From the NCBI RefSeq assembly GCF_009914755.1, contig NC_060929.1: a DNA stretch of 64,000 bases; one strand, written 5' to 3'. The DNA is from the human T2T-CHM13v2.0 reference genome, Homo sapiens. The translations under genes and the position numbers were made by a program. This document shows positions 52,271 through 64,000 of the stretch, piece after piece (the stretch's first letter is position 1; the number at the start of each line of letters is the position of its first letter). The notes beneath the pieces were generated by a model. It had not been told where the DNA came from and did not search any database. It saw only the letters and a list, made by a program, of their open reading frames with translations.

Positions 52271-52758
52271 TATGCCTGGGTAGCTTTTACCTTTTATTTT
52301 TAATATTTTTTAAAAATTTAAACTTTTGCCTATGACACAGCCCTCAGGAGGCCCTGAGAGCATATGCCCCTGCCTGGGTTACTTTTATCTCATTTTATAA
52401 ATAAAATTCCTTTGTCACCTGGCTTCTTAAAATTTAATTTTTTTTTTTTTTTTTTGTAGAGACAGGGTCTGTCAACCAGGCTGGTATGAGTGGCATGATC
52501 GTATCTCACTACAGCCTCGAACTCCTGGGCTTAAGTGATCCTCCCACCTCAGCCTCCTGAGTAGCTGGGACTACAAGTGCATGCCACCACTACTGGCTAA
52601 TTTAAAAAAATTAATTTTTCTAGAGACAGGGTCTCAATATGTAGCCCAGGCTGAACTTGAGCTCCTGGCCTCAAGTGATCCTCCTGCCTCAGCCTCCTAA
52701 GTAGCTACAGGGTACATGCCACCACACCTGGTTACTTTATTTGTATTTTTTGAGATGA

Positions 52759-52962
<204 letters not shown>

Positions 52963-53210
52963 TGATCTGCCCACCTCGGCCTCCCAAAGTGCTGGGATTA
53001 CAAGCGTGATCCACTGTGCCCGGGCTTTTTTTTTTTTTTTTTTTTTTGTAGAGACAGGGTCTCGCTTTTTTGCCCGGGCTGGTGGTGAACTCCTGGGCCA
53101 AGTGATCCTCCTGCTTCAGCCTCCCAAAGTGCTGGGATTATAGGCATGAACCACTGTTCCTAGCCAGCAGGGTCATTTTTCATTCCGTCTTGTACTTGCC
53201 TCAGTACTTA

Positions 53211-53795
<585 letters not shown>

Positions 53796-54352
53796 TTATC
53801 ACCCAAGAAGCAGACCCCAGGAAAAAGGACAACAGTGTGATCCACCGGGCCACATGCCTTTCCACCAAGAGCCAACTGGAGGCTAAACATTTCCTGGCTT
53901 GCGACAGTGTTCTCATTACTACATCCTAGGAGTCATTCAAAGCATGATAGAGTATTCCATTTGTACTACTGAAGGCTCTGGGGCCACGACAACAGATCAC
54001 ACTGTCTCTCTGAAAAATCACAATGATTTAGTTCAGTGACTGACTATGCAGCCCAAGGAATGTCTATCTTTTTTGCTGTTCTTTTCTGTTCTTACTAACA
54101 TGTAACTACATTCCTATTTCTCTCTCCCTTAAACTTTGTGGAAAGTGGACAGGAGGCTGTAAGAGGGTAGGGCCAGGTAAAGGAAACAGTATAGTTGTTC
54201 TTAAAAGCTTCGGTAAGAGAATCCAAACTTTCTACTAAAATGACACAGCTGGCCAATCTCCATCTTTTAAGAATCTAGGTACTCCCAGTGCCACACCACT
54301 AATGGTGGTGATGTTGTCCATTAAAGGGTGTGCCTCAGGCAGCAGGAAGTCA

Positions 54353-54772
<420 letters not shown>

Positions 54773-54850
54773 TTAAAACAAAAAGTGGGCCAGGCGCGGT
54801 GGCTCATGCCTGTAATCCCAGCACTTTGGGAGGCCAAGGTGGGCAGATCA

Positions 54851-55174
<324 letters not shown>

Positions 55175-55227
55175 TCACTTTGGGAGGCTGAGGCGGGCGG
55201 ATCACCCGAGGTGAAAGCCCGTCTCTA

Positions 55228-57130
<1,903 letters not shown>

Positions 57131-58016
57131 GAAGCCTTGTTCCTCATAAATATCATAATGTTCCCTCATTTTGAAATGAGGGAAAGAACTACGCCAGGCA
57201 CAGTGGCTCATGCCTGTAATCCCAGTACTTTGGGAGGCTGAGGCGGGAGGATCACTTGAGGAATTCGAGACCAGCCTGGGTAACAGTGAGACCCAGTCTC
57301 CAGAAAGGAAAAAAAAAAAAAAAAAGAAGTAGGTATATTCACAAGGCAGACATAGCAGTTAAAATAAATCAACTGATCTCTTTTTATCAACATGGATAGA
57401 TTTTACAAACAATGGCCTCTGAAATAAGCAAACAGCAAAACAATACATGTGGCACTGACACAGGAGGTGCCTGTGGCGAGCTAGGGAAGGAGTGAAGGGC
57501 TGAGGAAAGGAACAAGAAGGACTTCAACTTTGCCCTACTGTTTTTATTTTATAAAGTCCTCAAATCAAAATACAAAATGAAACCAGAAAACCCTACAAAG
57601 TAAAAATGACAAAATGTGAACATCTGTTAATTCTGGTTGATGGGTTATTATTCTGCTTTTCTATATTTTCTAGACTTTTTATTTTACTTTTTTAGAAAAG
57701 GAAATAGTGGCTGGGCGTGGTGGCGCACGCCTGTAATCACAGCTCTTAGGAGTCTGAGGCGGGAGAATCACTTGAATCTGGGAGGTGGCGGCTGCAGTGA
57801 GCCAAGATCATGCCACTGCACTCCAGCTTCAAACAACTAAAAAAAACAAAACAAAAAAGGGAATACTGATCTAATACTAACTTTAAAGTTAAAGGGCTTT
57901 GATTAGTCTAAAGGGATCTTTCCAGGTGGCGTGGCCATGCCTTAGCCTTTTCTGAAACACAGTCCAGTATTCTGCTTGTTTCCCCGTTACAATAGACATG
58001 GATTAAGGAAGTCTTA

Positions 58017-58340
<324 letters not shown>

Positions 58341-60351
58341 TTATACAGGGAAAGCACTGGATGATCTCAAGAGCTCTCCCGTGTCCTTCAAAGTATTTCC
58401 CTTTGTATCTGCAGCAACCAAAGCACATTAGTGAGCTACCTGCCCCATATGAGTCATGCATGAAAAGGGACAAAAGGGGCGATCTGACAGACACTTCCCA
58501 GGTCCCTTTTGGGGGAAATCTATCCTTAGAGCTCAAGAAACCATTTTTATAACACAGAATCCCAACTGTAGCACTACCCACAATGATTTAAGCCACACAC
58601 AGACCAGCCACTTAAGCCTTGTAGCCTAGTTTGAGGAAAAGAAGGGCTGGGCTCATCAGGTTCTTTCTCCCTGACCAAACTTTGGACTCAGGAATAAAAG
58701 CATAATGGGCCAAAGGTGCTGGAATAGACAAGCTTTGCAGATCCAAGAGCTGGGACAGGCATTAGGAGCCATGTCCAAATAGGTTTAATAGAGGAAGCTG
58801 GCTGGGAGAGAAGAAAACAGAAGCACAGAGAAGGCCTAGAAAATCTACTTTCACTAGATTTTTAGTTGCCATGAGATTCCTTGTGTACTCCTATAACAAT
58901 ATCTTCTCAGTTAAGCTTGCAAGAGTCTCTGTTGCACAAAACCAAAATAGCCCTTATCAGAATATTTAGCATATGCTTATTAGGTTTTTTTGCTTTGTTA
59001 AGGATGCTGTTTAAGAGAAAAATAAAATGCTAAACAGTCATTCTGGAAACTTTTTTTGATGGTGGATAAATTAAAATCTCTCTAGACTTGGTCATTTTAT
59101 AAATAATGCCCAGTGGCATTATCTTTTAGGGTGTCCTATTTTCGCCTCCATTTTTATTCTGCTGTTCCTAGAAAGCTACCTCCCCATGTACCACGTTCCT
59201 TGGGCTCTAAATATTCAGCTAAAAACCATCTGTAGGCCCTGTACTCTGTTAGAGAATGAAGAACTTAAAAAACCTCTTGTTAGTATCTCACAAAGTTATC
59301 TAAAGTGAATCAAATGTTTACATGTTTCAGAAACTAGGTAAGTGTGCCAATGCTTTAATCTGTTTTGATGTGTCAAAAAGGCAGTGGTATGTTACTGATT
59401 TTTAATCAGATGGGAACAAAAAAATTTAAGAGATAAAGAGATTTCCATTTTCCCACACTTTTCTCTTTTTTTTCTGAAGAGTCTCACTCTGTCACGTAGG
59501 CTGCAGTGCAGTGACACAATCTTGGTTCATTGCAACCTCTGCCTCCTGGGTTCAAGCAATTCTCCTGCCTTAGCCTCTCAAGTAGCCAAATTACAGATGT
59601 GTGCCACCATGCCTGGCTAATTTTTTTATTTTTAGTAGAGACAAGATTTCGCCATGTTGGCCAGGCTGGTCTTGAACTCCTAATCTCAAGTGATCTGCTG
59701 CATCTGGCCCAGTTTTTTTTCCATAGCTTACAGTTAAGAGGGGCATTTACAGGTAGAGTTCCATGATTTCTGTTAGAGGCCAACCATTCTCTCTTCAAGG
59801 AAGACAGTGCTGATAACATCAATGAAGAAACCCTAGACTGCCAACCCAAGGCCTGGGCTGACTAAGGTGTTTTTTTTTGTGTTTTTTTTTTTTTTTTTTT
59901 GAGACAGAGTCCCACTATGTTGCCCAGGCTGGATCTTGGCTCGCTGCCACCTCCGCCTTCCGGGTTCAAGTGATTCTCCTGCCTCAGCCTCCCAAGTAAG
60001 CTAGGATTACAGAAGCGTGCCACCACGCTCGGCTAATTTTTGTATTTTTAGTTGAAACGGGGTTTCACCATGTTGTCCAGGCTTGTCTCAAACTCCTGAC
60101 CTCAAGTGATCTGCCTGCCTCGGCCTCCCAAAGTGCTGGGATTACAGGCATGAGCCACTGTGCCCGGCTCACAGGTGTTTTGTACAAACAGATAAGCAAT
60201 GGGAATTACTGTGAATGACCATATTATCTCTTACTCTGAATACGGCAACTAACAAGTCATAGTACTTCAGTGGGATAGCATGGCCAGGGCTTGCTGGGCC
60301 TGCCAAATTGGCACAGCTTGTGCAACTGGGTTATTAACTTGGATTTGACTA

Positions 60352-60699
<348 letters not shown>

Positions 60700-61158
60700 C
60701 TATCTACTTTGCTGCATGTGCCTTCCTGTGGTCCCAGGTATGTCACTGCCCCGGTTGTTCCTGTGAAGGCTGAGGCCAACACAACTCAGCAGAGTGTATG
60801 AGAAACAATATCATATAGGTTAAGGACATAAGGAAAATGAGAGGGAATGACTCCTCTGTTGGGTTCAATCCAGCATGGGTTGAGGTTCCTTTATTTGATG
60901 TTATAAGAGACCATTAGAAAAATGCATAATTTCTTAATCTGCTGCTGAGGTTTTTCTTGAATAGTTATAGTGATTTATATAAATAAATCAGGAAGTAGTT
61001 CCTGATGAGTCTTATGAAACTAAGTTGAATATACATATCTTTTAAATAATTCCTTGCTGCTTTACCTCCACCTCTAAACTTATTACTTGTATTCTTGTCC
61101 TCCCCTTCCTGGCAGAAGCTCTCCTATGTTGGAAGCATCCCTCCACTCCTCAGGCTTA

Positions 61159-61335
<177 letters not shown>

Positions 61336-61467
61336 CTAGGAGGGGCTGTAAGACAGGACAAACTGTCCCTTTTGTGTTGTCTTATTGTTCCAACTTCCTT
61401 TAAAAACTGCACTTGCATTATATAGACAAATTAGAAACATATGCTGCATTCGTTTCTTCACTTAGAT

Positions 61468-62240
61468 CAGCAGTTCTTAAATTGTGGTCTGTGGATTCCT
61501 AGGGGGTCCTCAAGAACCTTTCAGAGGGTTCATGAGGTTAAAACTATTTTCGTAACAATGCTAAGAGTCAGTTATGTGCTTTTTTATTAAAAAAAAAAAA
61601 TGTGTTGACATTTGCACTGATTGTGCCAAAGCAGTGATTGGGAAACCTGGCATCTAAGAAGGAAGGCGGTGGCTCTTACAGTGGAAAAAAAGGAAGAATG
61701 CCCTTAATGAAGCAGTAAAAATTACAAATTTTACTAAATCCGTCAAGTCCAAAACACTTTAATATTCTGTGTGACAAATGGGAAGAACATTTTGTGTTCT
61801 CTGCTGCATTCCAAAGTAGAATGGTTGTCTCTAGGTAACACCTGTATGAACAAATTACAAGCTAAACTGGCTGCTTTTTCATAGAACCTTCTTTCTTCTA
61901 AAAAAAAAAAAAATGACTAACATAAATAACAGTTATTCAGTGTTGGGTATTTGGCAGATGTTTTTCTCAAAAATGAACAAAGTAGGCCTATCACTTCATT
62001 AAAAACAACCAACAGTATTTGTTACTAATGATAAAATGCGAGTTTTCTAGCAAAAATTAGAATTTTAGAAAACTTGTACCTACCACTTGTGTGCCTGAGT
62101 TTCCCATAAGTTAGAATTTTCTGATGAGACTGATGGTGATAGTAAGGAATGTGGTATTTTTGGGTATTTTATAATAAGATATGTTAACATTTGGAAGATC
62201 TGAACAACTCAGTAAACAAATATTTTTCAAATGACATACA
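61468..62240 (+). mobile_element. Charlie1-like hAT DNA transposon remnant
   Basis: cagcagttcttaaattgtggtc...gaggttaaaactattttcgtaacaatgctaag...tgttgacatttgcactgat resembles the Charlie1 5' end. Confidence 0.7.
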
Positions 62241-62339
62241 ACTGCTGAGTTGTAGCCAACATAAAGTTGTAGCTGGGAAAAAAGTGTTTTATTAGATTAA
62301 AGTGATCTAGAGAGAGCAATATTTTGAAAGTATTTTGGG

Positions 62340-63010
62340 ACTTCTACTTCCAGCCATGATGGAGTAACTGGGACCAGACTTACCTTTCTGCCATAAAACT
62401 AAAAAACTGGACAAAATGGCTGAAACAACTGTTTTTAGATACCAGGTAACAGGCAGCATAGGATGGTCAGCCCTAAGAGAACAGAAACAAATGATGGGAG
62501 CCCTATCTTGGCACTGGCTTTCTGCCCAAAGCCATTTTCCTAAGGAAAACCTGAGCAAAACCTCAGCAGTCTCTGAGTTGAGAAGAGGAAACAATGGAAA
62601 TCTGAGGGGCAGGATACTAGGAAGGAGGAAGCTGTCCAGAGAAAGACATCCACAACTCTGCCTGGAGATCCCATTGAGTCTTTGGCTAAATTAAAAGCCA
62701 CGTATGTAAAGGAAACTCCTTAAGTCTAAACAAAGAATGACTAGGTAACTGTAAGCTGAACAATTCCCAGAGCTTACTCAGGACTTGGAGACATCTGAGT
62801 TTTGATTTGTTGAATGCATAAGGCATTCAAGAAAGATATCAAAATGTAGGAGGTCCAAACTAATTCTAGAATATGATAAACTTGCCCTAACGAAGTTTAA
62901 AAACAAGCCATGAAAAGATCAAGCTGATACACAACTTTACTACTTACCAAAACAAAGTTTAACACTCTCTAAAGGAAGATAACAAAACCAAAGCAGGGTA
63001 GAACAAAAAG
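62340..63010 (+). mobile_element. Old L1 5' region remnant
   Basis: ggacttctacttccagccatgatggagtaactgggacc...aaaaactggacaaaat is typical of old L1M 5' ends. Confidence 0.55.
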
Positions 63011-63300
63011 AAAATCTTGGCCAAGCATGGTGGCTCATGCCTGTAATCCCAGCACTTTGGGAGGCTGAGGCACGAGGATCGCTTGAGCCCAGGAGTTGGC
63101 AATCAGCTTGGACAACACAGCAAGACTCCGTCTCTACAAAAAACTAAAAAATTAGTTGGATGTGGTGGCATGCACCTCCTGAGTAGTCCCAGTTACTCAG
63201 GGGGCTGAAGCAGGAGGACTGTTTCTTCTATTTATGTTACTTTAACAATAGAGAAGTTTAGGTTATTTTCACATTATGTCCAAGTATTATCCCAACTCTA

Positions 63301-63483
<183 letters not shown>

Positions 63484-64000
63484 TTAAAAAAACAGTTGAA
63501 GAAAAAGTAAAAACAATACCCAGTACATTTGGGTTGAAAAAGCCTTGTTTTCGTCAATGCATTCAGCAGAACATTTAGATACCAATTCAGCTGCCATTAT
63601 GGATCATCTGCTTCATCTACACATTCTGAAACATCAATTGTTTGATTATGTAACACAAACAAAACAGTACAAAGTTGAAAAGATACAGAAAGGAATGTGT
63701 GAGCACAGTTAAATTCCTATAATCATAACTGATGAGCCAAAGGTAACATGACTACGTGCTTTTTTTTTTTTCCCCTTTCCTTTTATTGTTTTTTGAGACA
63801 GGGTCTCACTCTGTGGCTCAGGCTGGAGCGCAGTAGCACAATAATGGCTCACTGCAGCCTTAACCTCCCCGGGCTCAGGTGATCCTCCCACCACAGCCTC
63901 CCGAGTAGCGGGGACTACAGGTACATGTCACCATGCCCAGATAATTTTTTAATTTTTTTGTAGAGATGGGCTTTTGCCATGTTGCCTAGGCTGGTCTCAA

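Overview
Eukaryotic, intron-rich, very Alu-dense primate DNA that reads as the human FAXDC2-CNOT8-GEMIN5 locus (identified from the translated exons, not from a database search). It holds the 5' end of FAXDC2 on the - strand (first coding exon 97-144, non-coding exon near 12445-12610). A CpG-island promoter lies at about 19.3-20.8 kb. The complete CNOT8 CDS is on the + strand (six coding exons, 879 nt, 292 aa, DEDDh deadenylase) with a 3'UTR of about 1.3 kb, and its intron carries an antisense ATP6V1G1 processed pseudogene. An 8.1 kb defective class I (ERV1) provirus with two LTRs, a tRNA-Pro PBS and gag/pol/env remnants is integrated inside an Alu between the convergent 3' ends of CNOT8 and GEMIN5. 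The last eight exons of GEMIN5 are on the - strand. I see no CRISPR array, tRNA/rRNA gene or new protein-coding system; most of the ORF track is Alu noise. The best leads are regulatory. A perfect palindrome in CNOT8 exon 1 encodes a 5' splice site on each strand and could hide the sense site in a hairpin, which would decide whether a junction-spanning uORF is included. The CNOT8 3'UTR has three perfect Pumilio elements. The provirus shows a nested Alu/ERV/Alu history and a fish-retrovirus-like env.
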